The notes: generated by a model from the letters alone, not told the origin. A DNA stretch of 62,382 bases, filler included, from 5 parts of 5 records of this genome joined end to end with filler, not necessarily neighbours in it; one strand, 5' to 3'; numbered from the whole stretch's first letter, positions 1 to 9,925 are shown. Numbers and translations: made by a program.

Positions 1-1054
1 GCACGTGGCCGGGGCAGTTCATCGGCTTGAGTGCAAAGATCCGGTTGTCGGCTGATTCGTCATCGGGATTGGTGAAGGCATGGGCGGATTTCACCGCGAA
101 CATGTTTTCCTGGTACCAGCCCCAGTGGCCGGACGTTTCCCACAGGCTCTTGTCGAGGATCTGCGGTGCGTTGACTTCTTCGTAGTCGTTCTCGAGCCGC
201 CGCCGCATATAGGCGACGAGGTTCTGGAACATGCGCCAGCCCTTGGAATGCCAGAACACGACGCCCGGGCCCTCTTCCTGGAAATGGAACAGGTCCATTT
301 CACGGCCCAGACGGCGATGGTCGCGTTTTTCGGCTTCCTCGAGCATATGCAGATAGGCATCAAGCTCGGCCTGATCGGCCCAGGCCGTGCCGTAGATCCG
401 TGTCAGCATGGTGTTGTTCGAATCGCCGCGCCAATAGGCGCCGGCCACCTTCATCAGCTTGAAAGCGGTGCCGATCTGACCGGTGGACGCCATGTGCGGT
501 CCACGGCACATGTCAAACCAGTCGCCCTGACGGTAGATCTTCAGATCTTCCTCCGACTTGATCGATTCAATCAGTTCGACCTTGTAGGCTTCGCCCTTGT
601 CCTTGAACACACGCTCGGCTTCTTCCCGCGACCAGACCTCCTTGGTGAAGGGCTTGTTGCGGGCGATGATCTCCTTCATCTTTTTCTCGATCACCGGAAG
701 GTCTTCCGGTGTGAACGGCTCATTTTTGGCAAAGTCGTAATAGAAGCCGTTTTCGATCACCGGTCCGATGGTCACCTGGGTACCGGGAAACAGCTCCTGC
801 ACGGCTTCAGCCATCACGTGGGCAGCATCGTGCCGGATCAATTCCAGCGCGCGCGGATCGGTACGGGTGACAATTTCCAGTGCGCCATCGCGGACCGGAT
901 CGCTCAGATCGGTGAGTTCACCGTCGAGCGCGATCGCAACCGCCTTCTTGGCAAGTGATTTTGAAATCGACTCTGCGACCTCACGGCCGGTCGTACCGGC
1001 GGGGTATTCGCGCTTGGAGCCATCGGGAAATGTAAGGGATACGGCGGATGCCAT
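1..1054 (-). CDS. thrS: Threonyl-tRNA synthetase, 3' end truncated by window edge
   Basis: Manual translation: [17 protein letters not shown] (TGS domain) ... KPMNCPGHV at the window edge; AAGGAG Shine-Dalgarno upstream. Not in the ORF track because there is no stop in the window. Confidence 0.97.
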   Translation of the reverse strand, partial: MASAVSLTFPDGSKREYPAGTTGREVAESISKSLAKKAVAIALDGELTDLSDPVRDGALEIVTRTDPRALELIRHDAAHVMAEAVQELFPGTQVTIGPVIENGFYYDFAKNEPFTPEDLPVIEKKMKEIIARNKPFTKEVWSREEAERVFKDKGEAYKVELIESIKSEEDLKIYRQGDWFDMCRGPHMASTGQIGTAFKLMKVAGAYWRGDSNNTMLTRIYGTAWADQAELDAYLHMLEEAEKRDHRRLGREMDLFHFQEEGPGVVFWHSKGWRMFQNLVAYMRRRLENDYEEVNAPQILDKSLWETSGHWGWYQENMFAVKSAHAFTNPDDESADNRIFALKPMNCPGHV

Positions 1055-1071
1055 GGCAGTCTCTCCTTGAT

Positions 1072-1097
1072 CCAGTCCCGCCAACGAACGCGGGTGG
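1072..1097 (-). promoter_or_regulatory. Candidate thrS translational operator hairpin (tRNA-Thr anticodon mimic)
   Basis: mRNA-sense stem CCA-CCCGC/GCGGG-AC-UGG with loop GUUCGUUG containing CGU, immediately 5' of the SD. Confidence 0.5.
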
Positions 1098-1213
1098 TTG
1101 AGTTTATGGTGTGCAGGGCGGCGTTTACGCGATTTGGGTAAAGCGGGCAAGCATAACGGCTGCGGTTTGCCGCCACCGGCCCATACACCGGTCTTCGCAA
1201 GTAACAGGTGGGC

Positions 1214-1555
1214 CTATTTCGCTGCCACGCAATGCCGTCCGACAGCGGCAAACCGCCACGGCGCCCACCAGACCAGTCGCGCATCAAGCGTTTCCGGCAC
1301 ATTGTCGATGCCGTGGGTTCCGCCCGGCCCGCAGCGTCCGACCCTGAACAGCGCCAGCCAACCGCCTTTCCACAATCCGTGCCGGGCAATGGCTTCATAG
1401 CCATATTCGGAACAGGTCGGCAGATGCCGGCAGGAATTTCCGATGAAACCGGACAGAGTGAGCTGGTAAAGCCGCACCAGACCGGTGCCCAGCAAACGGC
1501 CCGGGGTTTTCGGCCAGGGGCCGGCCCAGTTGCGGCCAGACGAGACACCGCTCAT
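1214..1555 (-). CDS. yidD: Membrane protein insertion efficiency factor YidD
   Basis: CRHLPTCSEY...HG..KG..L...R..RC.P.G..G.D motif; start overlaps the upstream stop (ATGA). Confidence 0.88.
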   Translation of the reverse strand: MSGVSSGRNWAGPWPKTPGRLLGTGLVRLYQLTLSGFIGNSCRHLPTCSEYGYEAIARHGLWKGGWLALFRVGRCGPGGTHGIDNVPETLDARLVWWAPWRFAAVGRHCVAAK

Positions 1556-2004
1556 CAGGCGGCGTCTTCCTCGGCACGCCGTGCCTCGATCTGGTCAAGG
1601 CAGTCGCAGACTGCATCGAACGTCAGCAGAGTTGAGGCATGCCGTGCCCGATAGTCGCGGACCGGCTCGAGAAACTTGAGATCGCCGAACCGGCCTTCAG
1701 GCGCCGGACCGTTTTCCTTGAGCATCTTGCGCATGGTCTCACGCACCTCGCGCAATTCAGTCGCACTCGCGCCGATGATGTTGTTGGCCATGATCGACGA
1801 AGACGCCTGGCCCAGCGCGCAGGCTTTAACGTCATGGGCGAAGTCGGCGACGTGATCGCCGTCCATCTTCAGCCAGACCTTGACCTTTGAGCCGCACAGC
1901 TTGGAGTGGGCAGAGGCTTCCGCATCCGCATCCTCCAATGTTCCTATCCGCGGAATATTGCCGGCGAAATCCAGAATCCGGGCATTGTAGACATCATCGA
2001 TCAT
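1555..2004 (-). CDS. IscU/NifU-like Fe-S scaffold domain protein
   Basis: MIDDVYNARILDFAGN...SKLCGS...KACALGQAS; start reassigned from the over-long 2436 call. Confidence 0.85.
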   Translation of the reverse strand: MIDDVYNARILDFAGNIPRIGTLEDADAEASAHSKLCGSKVKVWLKMDGDHVADFAHDVKACALGQASSSIMANNIIGASATELREVRETMRKMLKENGPAPEGRFGDLKFLEPVRDYRARHASTLLTFDAVCDCLDQIEARRAEEDAA

Positions 2005-2231
2005 CGGTTCTGACCTTTCCCCGCTTCGGGTAGTGGCATTCGGCCTGCGGCAAGAGTTGACGGTAACGCATCTCGACGCGCGCCCAAGGATGACTATATA
2101 GTAACTGTCAGGCGTTCGGCAAAACCTGTTTGCCAGACACCGAGGGAGACCGTGCCGGAGGGCTGATGCCCGAAAGCCCCGGAACCCGCTGGACGAGATT
2201 GCAAGGCGATGCCAGCAGAATTGTCCGAGTG

Positions 2232-2287
2232 CGTGGTCCGATTGACTAGGAACAACGTATAGGGTGCAATTCCCTACGGAGACCACG
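2232..2287 (+). ncRNA. Candidate folE-motif (THF-II) riboswitch / SD-sequestering leader
   Basis: CGUGGU-CCG (2232-2240) pairs with CGG-AG-ACCACG (2277-2287), which covers the GGAG SD of folE; an inner GGAA/UUCC helix is possible. Confidence 0.5.
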
Positions 2288-2290
2288 AGT

Positions 2291-2893
2291 ATGGATGCCG
2301 TCGTCAACAACTTGAATGATAAAGATAACCGCCCGACCGAAGCGGAAGCTGAAGAAGCTGTCCGCACGCTTTTGCGCTGGGTCGGCGATGACATTACCCG
2401 CGAGGGCCTGCGCGACACGCCAAAACGCGTGGTCAAAGCCTACAAAGAGCTTTTTTCCGGTTACGAGCAGGACGCCGAGGAAGAGCTGGGCCGCACCTTC
2501 GAGGAAGTTGCCGGCTATGATGACATCGTGCTGGTCAAGGACATCCCGTTCTTTTCCCACTGCGAACATCACATGGTTCCGATTATCGGCAAGGCGCATG
2601 TCGCCTACCTGCCTGATGGCAAGGTGCTGGGATTGTCGAAAATTGCCCGTGTCGTCGAGATATTCGGCCGCAGGCTGCAAATTCAGGAAACCATGACCTC
2701 ACAGGTTGCCCATTCCATCGACGATGCCTTGCATCCGCGTGGTGTAGCCGTGATGATCGAGGCTGAACACATGTGCATGGCCATGCGCGGCATCAAGAAG
2801 CAAGGCTCGACAACCATCACCACGACCTTTACAGGCGCGTTCAAGTCGGATCCGCACGAGCAGGTCCGCTTCATGACATTGATCCGGGGCTGA
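2291..2893 (+). CDS. folE: GTP cyclohydrolase I
   Basis: [30 protein letters not shown] and HMCMAMRG motifs. Confidence 0.97.
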   Translation: MDAVVNNLNDKDNRPTEAEAEEAVRTLLRWVGDDITREGLRDTPKRVVKAYKELFSGYEQDAEEELGRTFEEVAGYDDIVLVKDIPFFSHCEHHMVPIIGKAHVAYLPDGKVLGLSKIARVVEIFGRRLQIQETMTSQVAHSIDDALHPRGVAVMIEAEHMCMAMRGIKKQGSTTITTTFTGAFKSDPHEQVRFMTLIRG

Positions 2894-2920
2894 GACCAAA
2901 CCCCGATTTGAGGGGTTCCC

Positions 2921-3370
2921 ATGACGACGTCATTCAAAGCCGCACCAGATAATAAAGCCGAGCTTGAGGAAGGCGCGGAGTTGACACCGCGTTTTGACGT
3001 CAATGGCTTGATCACCGCCGTCGTGACTGATTCACGCGACAACGAAATTCTGATGCTTGCGCATATGAATGATGAAGCCCTGCGGCTGACCATCGAAACC
3101 GGTGTCGCCCACTACTGGAGCCGCTCACGCAACGCGCTGTGGAAAAAGGGCGAGACTTCCGGCAATGTCCAGAACGTCGATGAGATCCGCATCGATTGCG
3201 ACCAGGACGCAGTGCTTCTCAAGGTTAGCGTCAGTGGCGCGGATGCGACCTGCCATACCGGCCGCCGCTCCTGCTTCTATCGCAAGGTCGTCACCAGTGA
3301 CGGATCAACCAGGCTCGAAATCGGTTCTAAACCGCTGTTCGACCCCGCTTCGGTGTATACCGATCATTAG
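2921..3370 (+). CDS. hisI: Phosphoribosyl-AMP cyclohydrolase
   Basis: [28 protein letters not shown]. Confidence 0.95.
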   Translation: MTTSFKAAPDNKAELEEGAELTPRFDVNGLITAVVTDSRDNEILMLAHMNDEALRLTIETGVAHYWSRSRNALWKKGETSGNVQNVDEIRIDCDQDAVLLKVSVSGADATCHTGRRSCFYRKVVTSDGSTRLEIGSKPLFDPASVYTDH

Positions 3371-3482
3371 GCAAGCTGCTCCATTTTGAACCAGTTCATT
3401 TTTTCCTTCATCAATTTGCAACCCATATCTGGTGTCATTCGTTTGAACGCAGGGGGAGTGTTCGGCGGGGAAGGACAAAGAG

Positions 3483-4457
3483 ATGCTGAACTGGAACATG
3501 AACCGTACCACAGAGCCCGTTGTCGCCACCCAGACAGGCGACATAATGGCCATGACACCGGTGGGTGGGATGCAACACAAGCCTGTACAAAAACCAAAAA
3601 TAGCCCTGGCACTGGGCGGCGGCGCAGCGCGCGGCTGGGCCCACATCGGTGTGCTTCGCGCACTTGACGAGGCCGGCGTCGAGGTTTCCATGATCGCAGG
3701 AACGTCCATCGGCGCTCTCGTGGGAGGCTGCTATTTGGCCGGGCGGCTCGATGAACTGGAAACCTTTGCCCGCAGCCTGACCATGCGCCGGATTGCCGGT
3801 CTGCTCGATTTCGCCATTGGCGGCGGCGGCCTGTTTGGCGGCATGCGCCTTAATGACCGGATGCAGGAGCATCTTGTCGGGGTGAATATTGAAGATCTCG
3901 ACCGCACGTTCGTCGCTGTCGCCGCAGAGCTCAACACCGGTCACGAAGTCTGGATTTCATCGGGATCGCTGATTACCGGCATTCGCGCATCCTATGCGCT
4001 GCCGGGTATTTTCGAGCCGGTGCGTTGCAACAACAGAACCCTGCTCGACGGTGCACTGGTCAATCCGGTCCCGGTATCTGTCTGCCGTGCTCACGAGCAG
4101 CCGCTGGTGGTGGCCGTCAATCTTCATTACGACCTCTATGGCCGCTCGGCGGTCATCAAGCACACCGCAAGCGAGCCAGAGCAGGAATACACCGGCCCCG
4201 AGCGCCGCAAGAAGGTCCGCGAAAGCCGGCTTGGCATGACATCGGTGATGGTTCAGGCCTTCAACATCATTCAGGACCGCATTTCGCGCGCACGCCTTGC
4301 CGGCGACCCGCCGGATCTTTCTCTGCATCCCAGATTGTCCGATATCGGCCTTTCAGAATTCCACCGCGCCAGCGAAGCAATCGATCGCGGCTATCAGGAA
4401 GCCTCGGCCAAACTCGGCGAAATCATGCGGATGCAGGCCATGCTGGCGCCGGTCTGA
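3483..4457 (+). CDS. Patatin-like phospholipase (RssA-like)
   Basis: GGGAARG oxyanion loop, GTSIG nucleophile, DGA motif. Confidence 0.9.
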   Translation: MLNWNMNRTTEPVVATQTGDIMAMTPVGGMQHKPVQKPKIALALGGGAARGWAHIGVLRALDEAGVEVSMIAGTSIGALVGGCYLAGRLDELETFARSLTMRRIAGLLDFAIGGGGLFGGMRLNDRMQEHLVGVNIEDLDRTFVAVAAELNTGHEVWISSGSLITGIRASYALPGIFEPVRCNNRTLLDGALVNPVPVSVCRAHEQPLVVAVNLHYDLYGRSAVIKHTASEPEQEYTGPERRKKVRESRLGMTSVMVQAFNIIQDRISRARLAGDPPDLSLHPRLSDIGLSEFHRASEAIDRGYQEASAKLGEIMRMQAMLAPV

Positions 4458-4490
4458 ACACCATTTGAAAGTCTGTACACTCTCTGAATT

Positions 4491-4522
4491 ATTTCGGGCC
4501 GACGCATGCGCCGACCCGAAAT
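4491..4522. terminator. Imperfect palindrome between convergent genes, possible bidirectional terminator
   Basis: ATTTCGGG...CCCGAAAT. Confidence 0.4.
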
Positions 4523-4546
4523 CTGTCAATTCGATAAAATCAGGCG

Positions 4547-4975
4547 TTAGCCCGCGATGTAGGCCTTGATCTCCTCGGCCTCGCGCTCCACATCTTCAAT
4601 GCGCCTGCGCACCACGTCGCCAATCGAAATAACGCCGACCAGCGCACCATCTTTCTCAACCGGCAAATGCCGGAACCGGCCATTGGTCATCAATTCCATC
4701 ACCTGGTTGATAGTGTGGTCCTCGCCACACGTCGTCACCTTGGAGGTCATGATCGAGGAAATGGGTGCAGTGAGCGCGTTGGCGCCTTTAGCCGCGACAG
4801 CACGGACAATATCACGCTCGGAAAGAATACCTGCAATCTTGCCGCCGGGGCCGGTAACAATCACTGCACCGATCTTGTTATCGGCAAGAAACCGCACAGC
4901 TTCCTCAGTCCCCATTGCCGGACTTACCGTGACGACGTCTCGGCCCTTTTGGTCGAGTATCTGTTTAACAGTCAT
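4547..4975 (-). CDS. CBS domain pair protein
   Basis: GILSERD, FRHLPV...GVISIGDVV. Confidence 0.92.
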   Translation of the reverse strand: MTVKQILDQKGRDVVTVSPAMGTEEAVRFLADNKIGAVIVTGPGGKIAGILSERDIVRAVAAKGANALTAPISSIMTSKVTTCGEDHTINQVMELMTNGRFRHLPVEKDGALVGVISIGDVVRRRIEDVEREAEEIKAYIAG

Positions 4976-5275
4976 TCAATCCTCCTTGCGCACGATGCCT
5001 TCCATTCAAAAGCGCTCCCGATCGCTTCGGAATTGAACATATGGTGCGCTCGAATTAGAATGTTTGCAACCCTGCAAGTCCGTGCCTGACGCCCGCCCGG
5101 CAAAACCCGCAGATGTGTCACAATACGCGACACATGACCCGTCCGGCGCGCTGCCGGTCCATCAGGAGAATCGCTCCCGATCCGACTTGTTACAGCGTTT
5201 GCGGAGCGGTCTTTTTCAACTGAATACTCTCACGGCTTTCAGACAGATGACGTGGCTTCAAGGAAATCGCGACCG

Positions 5276-5998
5276 TCAAGCCTGATCAAGCGGATCGAAC
5301 AGCGAGAACGCCAGGAAGCCGAACAGAAAGCCGCCGACATGCGCTTCCCAGGCAATTGCAGAATCGGCAATTCCGAATGAAAATCCGACCGCTGCCAGCA
5401 GGTTGATCGCAAACCAGACCACAAGAAACCCCACAACTGTGCGATTTGAAAGCGATTGCGCGATGCTCAGGCGCCGATTGAGGTGAGCCTGATCACGCCG
5501 GAAACCGCCGCCGTCGCCAAAGGCGAACCGGGCAGCCGCTCCCATCAGCGCCGAGACAACACCGGATGCGCCGACCATGACGGTTTGAGCCCCCCAGTGA
5601 AACACAAGGAACAGGGCCGCAGACGCCAGGGCGCTCAGCAGCCAGAACACGAGAAACCTGGCCCAGCCGATGCGCCGCGCCACTACAGCGCCAAAAGCCG
5701 CCAGCCAGAACGAATTGAGTGCCAGATGCGTGTAGCTGCCATGCAGCAACGAGTATGTGATAGGCGACCAGAGGTAAGGTCCCGCCTGCCCTGAGATGTC
5801 GACGGCATAGCGCTGCGGAATGAATGCCGCCTGCAGATAGATCTCGAGAACCGCAGCCTGTGGCAGCAACGAGTCGAGCGCAACCTGTATGGCAAGCATC
5901 AGCAACAACATCGCCAGGACGACATTTGGCAAATTGAACACCGGCTCGCTGCCTGGCCGATTCGGACCGGGGGATCTGACGTCATGGTCCTGGTTCAT
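5276..5998 (-). CDS. Rhomboid family intramembrane serine protease
   Basis: HG..HL..N, GASG (catalytic Ser), AHVGG (catalytic His), multiple TM helices. Confidence 0.92.
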   Translation of the reverse strand: MNQDHDVRSPGPNRPGSEPVFNLPNVVLAMLLLMLAIQVALDSLLPQAAVLEIYLQAAFIPQRYAVDISGQAGPYLWSPITYSLLHGSYTHLALNSFWLAAFGAVVARRIGWARFLVFWLLSALASAALFLVFHWGAQTVMVGASGVVSALMGAAARFAFGDGGGFRRDQAHLNRRLSIAQSLSNRTVVGFLVVWFAINLLAAVGFSFGIADSAIAWEAHVGGFLFGFLAFSLFDPLDQA

Positions 5999-6230
5999 TT
6001 GAATGCGCTTTCACTTCATTACACTTCAGATGACACGAGCAGTAGAACCAGCACCCTGCACTGGCAACCGCTGGACAAAAAAAAGCCGTTCGCGCGATGC
6101 GAACGGCTGGTCGAGCCCCCTCGTCCAAAATTGTGCTGAAGGAAAGTCCTTCATGAAGTGATGCCCCAAGATGGCACGCTCCCCAGCGACCGGCAATGCC
6201 AACTGAAAATTAACCTTAACGCCGCCGCCG

Positions 6231-6245
6231 TGGCATGGTTTTCGC
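6231..6245 (+). promoter_or_regulatory. Candidate sigma-54 (-24/-12) promoter upstream of the PAS gene
   Basis: TGGCATGGTTTTCGC resembles TGGCACG-N4-TTGC with correct GG/GC spacing. Confidence 0.4.
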
Positions 6246-6341
6246 TTCGTTAAAGCCAAACCCGGCTGTCTGAGGCCGATCGTGCCAAAACGGTGCATAT
6301 CGGGAACCGGACCAGCAACCTGAAAAAGTGGTGGCGACAAG

Positions 6342-6965
6342 ATGAGACACAAAAACAGCTTTGAACTTTTCGACTACTGGACTGAAAAGCGCGGCCAGCG
6401 CGCAGCCCCCAGCAGAACCGACATCGAACCAGCTGACATCCGCACCCTTCTGCCGCACGTTTTCATCTGCGATTTGAACGATGACGGACAGCTGAACTTC
6501 CGCCTGGCGGGAACCGCACTGTGCGCACTTCATGGACGGGAGCTGAAGGGAACCGCTTTCGCGGCGCTGTGGCTGGCGGATGGGACCCGCAATGCCGGCC
6601 GCACCGGTGCATCCGTGGCGTCGGGTGCAACACCGGCCGTACTCTCGCTCGACTGCCTGAGCAACGGCGGTCGGGTGACGCAGGCCGAAATGCTGCTGCT
6701 TCCAATCACCGGTCCCAGCGGCCGGAATGACCGGTTGATCGGCTTGCTGTCGATATTCGAACCGCCTTACTGGATCGGCCATGAACCCATTGTCGGCTTC
6801 TCTACGACCGGCATCCGCTTTCTCGATCAGGACCGCGATCCATTGTTTCTGGCAAACCGTCCGGAGATCAAACTTCCCACCGCATCCAGTTTTGCCAACG
6901 GCTTCACCAATAACCGCAAGAAAGTTGGACATCTGGTTGTGCTGGACGGTGGAAGACGCGATTAG
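6342..6965 (+). CDS. PAS domain protein (PAS_5/DUF1457-like)
   Basis: LFDYW...RG.R.AP.R.DIEP, FRLAGT, C-terminal HLVVLDGGR typical of this alphaproteobacterial family. Confidence 0.8.
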   Translation: MRHKNSFELFDYWTEKRGQRAAPSRTDIEPADIRTLLPHVFICDLNDDGQLNFRLAGTALCALHGRELKGTAFAALWLADGTRNAGRTGASVASGATPAVLSLDCLSNGGRVTQAEMLLLPITGPSGRNDRLIGLLSIFEPPYWIGHEPIVGFSTTGIRFLDQDRDPLFLANRPEIKLPTASSFANGFTNNRKKVGHLVVLDGGRRD

Positions 6966-7051
6966 CACTAAGTAAAGCCCAACGCTTACCCATTGTTAAC
7001 AGTGCCTGGACTATTGTGAGCTCTCACACGTCAGGGAATCGTTAGGCTCTC

Positions 7052-7663
7052 ATGTTGTCCGCACCATCTGCATCGCACACAAATGAAACGAATAGCACCG
7101 AGGAACGCAAGTTCCATCGCGTGGCGATCTCGGTCCAGGGCCGGTTCATGCGTGCCGATCATTCGGAACATGATTGCATCGTTGATTCCATGTCACCGTT
7201 CGACGCAGTGATATCCTGCGGCACGCGCCCCGACACCGGTGAGCGCATTGTTGCCTATGTCGATTACATAGGCCGCATCGAGGGCAAGGTCACACAGGCC
7301 AATGGCCGCTCCTTTACCATTTCGTTGAATGCCACCGACCGCAAACGCGACAAGCTTTCGGCACAGTTGACATGGCTCGCCAACAAGCACGAACTCGGCC
7401 TGCCAGAAGACCGCCGCCATGAGCGCGTCTCTCCAAGCAATCCGGCATCCGAAATCCGTCTCGACGACGGAAGACGTTATCCGTGCCGTATCATCGACCT
7501 GTCCGTATCGGGCGCAGCCGTCGAAATAGATGTCCGGCCGGCATTCGGCACTATGGTCGTGCTGGGTAATATGCGGGGTCGCGTTGTCCGTCATTTCCAG
7601 GAAGGCATCGCCATGGAGTTCATGACGTTGCAGCCCGAAGACACGATCGATCAACTGTCCTGA
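7052..7663 (+). CDS. Tandem PilZ domain protein
   Basis: ERKFHR and DRRHER (RxxxR) motifs, DLSVSG (DxSxxG). Confidence 0.88.
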   Translation: MLSAPSASHTNETNSTEERKFHRVAISVQGRFMRADHSEHDCIVDSMSPFDAVISCGTRPDTGERIVAYVDYIGRIEGKVTQANGRSFTISLNATDRKRDKLSAQLTWLANKHELGLPEDRRHERVSPSNPASEIRLDDGRRYPCRIIDLSVSGAAVEIDVRPAFGTMVVLGNMRGRVVRHFQEGIAMEFMTLQPEDTIDQLS

Positions 7664-7691
7664 TTCAAACCTTGATGATCTGAGACTGCAG

Positions 7692-7717
7692 GCCGGCTCC
7701 TTGAAGCCGGCTTTTTT
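7692..7717 (+). terminator. Rho-independent terminator
   Basis: GCCGGCT-N6-AGCCGGC followed by T6. Confidence 0.8.
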
Positions 7718-7954
7718 GTGCCAACGCAACATCTGGCTCATGGCCCCAGCACAATCGCGCTGACACCGTGAAAATCCCTCACATGTAAATCGCGCCTTCC
7801 GCAAACCGCCCGGCCCCGCTCAGGGAACTGGGACGGTTTCTGGCGCTCCAATGCCGTTGCGCTTAGTGGCCGCCTCACCACCCTCCCCCAAACTGCAAGT
7901 TGCCTGAAGCTCAAAGCCACGATGGTTGCCAAATTCTGAAGGCCATCCGGCGAA

Positions 7955-8004
7955 TTTTATACTTGTTTTATATCAATTTTGCTTGAGTTTTACACTTGTT
8001 TTAT
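7955..8004. repeat. 17-bp direct repeat in an AT-rich promoter region
   Basis: TTTTATACTTGTTTTAT (7955-7971) and TTTTACACTTGTTTTAT (7988-8004), 33-bp period. Confidence 0.7.
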
Positions 8005-8102
8005 TAGCATTAGCCTCAAGTAAATGCTTATTTGTACTGTTGTTATTTGCGGCACGTCAAAGTCTACCTGTCATTGTTGCCTCATAACGGGGAAACAAAA
8101 CA

Positions 8103-8714
8103 ATGAACAGACACATTCAGACAATGGGGAAAATTGCCGCGGCGTGTGGCCTGGCAATCAGTTTCAGCACAGCTGCATTTGCAGCGCCGACAAATCTCGT
8201 GGCTACTGCAAACACAAATCCACCGATCGGCCACTTCGAGTTTTGCAAGAACTATCCGAATGAATGCACATCGCTGGGCCGCGACCGCGGTCCCATGGCA
8301 CTCAGTCGAAAGGCCTGGGCCACAATGCTTGACGTCAACACGCGCGTCAATCAGAGCATCCGGCCTGACACCGATCTCAATATCTACGGCGTCGAGGAGC
8401 TTTGGTCTTATCCGCGAAGTGTCGGTGATTGCGAAGATTATGTCCTTCTCAAGCGGCACATGCTGATGGAAAAGGGGTTTTCCCCCAATGACTTGCTCAT
8501 CACAGTGGTTCTTCAGCCTAATGGCGATGGCCACGCGGTGCTGACGGTCAGAACGGACTACGGAGACTACATTCTTGACAACATGCGCGGTGATGTCCGC
8601 CTGTGGTCGGAAACCGGTTACACCTTCATCAAACGCCAATCATCCAAACACGCCGCAAAATGGACCAAGCTCGGGCCTGGGTCTGCCACCAACGTTGGCG
8701 CAGTCAACAATTAA
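8103..8714 (+). CDS. Bacterial transglutaminase-like cysteine peptidase (BTLCP)
   Basis: Signal peptide; GDCEDY, GHAVL and ILDN catalytic triad motifs. Confidence 0.92.
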   Translation: MNRHIQTMGKIAAACGLAISFSTAAFAAPTNLVATANTNPPIGHFEFCKNYPNECTSLGRDRGPMALSRKAWATMLDVNTRVNQSIRPDTDLNIYGVEELWSYPRSVGDCEDYVLLKRHMLMEKGFSPNDLLITVVLQPNGDGHAVLTVRTDYGDYILDNMRGDVRLWSETGYTFIKRQSSKHAAKWTKLGPGSATNVGAVNN

Positions 8715-8809
8715 GCTTCAACGTCTCGGACATGAAGCCCGCGGGGGCCGTCCGGAACATCAGCAAATGTGACCAGATCGCAGACACGCATTTGGTTCAG
8801 GGTTGGGCA

Positions 8810-8891
8810 CTGGTCGAGTCCCCATGCTTCCCCGCAACGACCAGGCCTCGAGCCGACCCCAATGTCCCCTGGGGTCGGCTCCTTTCATTTT
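8810..8891 (+). terminator. Two tandem hairpins with C-rich loops ending in a terminator-like stem
   Basis: CTGGTCG/CGACCAG (8810-8844) and GAGCCGACCCCA/TGGGGTCGGCTC (8850-8881) plus a T-rich tail. Confidence 0.65.
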
Positions 8892-8917
8892 CAAAGCTCC
8901 GCCAATCAAGGCCAGCC

Positions 8918-9445
8918 TCATTCGATCCGTGTAAGGCCTTTGGAAAACCGTTTGGCGTTTTCCACATAGTGGCTAGCCGAAAGCTTCAACATAGATTCGG
9001 CGTCAGAGCCAAGCGTCTTGACTACCTTTGCCGGAGAACCGACAACCAGTGAATTGTCGGGAATAATTTTACCTTCTGTCACCAGGGCACCGGCGCCGAT
9101 CAGGCAGTTTTCACCAATTTTTGCACCGTTGAGCACAGTGGCGCCCATTCCGACCAGGGAGTTGTTGCCGATGGTGCAACCGTGAAGAATGGCTGCATGC
9201 CCGATGGTGCAGCCAGTTCCAATGACCATCGGAAAGCCGATATCGGTGTGCAGAACGCAATTCTCCTGGATGTTGGAATTCTTTCCAACTGTGATGGATT
9301 CGTTGTCGCCCCTGAGAACCGCGCCAAACCAGATGCCGGCGCCTTCTTCCAGGATCACGTTTCCGATCACCTGGGCACTTTCCGCGACATAATGGAATTC
9401 CGAGGGCAGTACCGGTTGCTTTCCATCCAGGCTGTAAATCGCCAT
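8918..9445 (-). CDS. Gamma carbonic anhydrase family (YrdA/PaaY-like) hexapeptide-repeat protein
   Basis: LRGD, NIQEN..LH, IGH.AILHGC. Confidence 0.92.
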   Translation of the reverse strand: MAIYSLDGKQPVLPSEFHYVAESAQVIGNVILEEGAGIWFGAVLRGDNESITVGKNSNIQENCVLHTDIGFPMVIGTGCTIGHAAILHGCTIGNNSLVGMGATVLNGAKIGENCLIGAGALVTEGKIIPDNSLVVGSPAKVVKTLGSDAESMLKLSASHYVENAKRFSKGLTRIE

Positions 9446-9589
9446 TTGCTTTTCCTCTCTCCGCCATCATGGGGCTGTGTTCAGCAGCCGCCTCAAGACG
9501 CGTTTTAAAGTGTATGACCGCGCAATGGTAGAAGTGAGTGCGCGATGAGACCTCCGTCCAGCCCCGTCAGAATGTGCGCACCATTGACT

Positions 9590-9925
9590 TCATGCCAGAA
9601 AATAACCGCTGGCGAACGCCACTTGCAGAACGACAACCCCCGAACACATCGACCATCCGACCGCCACCAGCGCCAACACTACGTAGAGCGGTAGCGAAAC
9701 CAACCCTGCCCGCCAGTTCCTGAACCCGTTGACCAGCAGAAGTCTTGGACCCAGCACCGCCGCCAGCATCATTTCGATGCCGATCCGCAACGGGTGCAAC
9801 GGTGTTTCAGTGGTCTCGGGTTCGTGCCATCCGGCAAACCGCACAACCTCAAGTCCGACCCATGCCGTGGCAAATCCGGTCGCCATGGCAAAAATTGCTG
9901 CAAGGAAGTCGAGAGAATAAATCAT
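9590..9925 (-). CDS. Small membrane protein of unknown function
   Basis: Three hydrophobic segments; fills the gap between neighbouring genes. Confidence 0.6.
   Translation of the reverse strand: MIYSLDFLAAIFAMATGFATAWVGLEVVRFAGWHEPETTETPLHPLRIGIEMMLAAVLGPRLLLVNGFRNWRAGLVSLPLYVVLALVAVGWSMCSGVVVLQVAFASGYFLA

Noticed and set aside
80-958. 292-aa plus-strand ORF
   Set aside because: Antisense shadow of thrS, which the ORF track missed because it runs off the window
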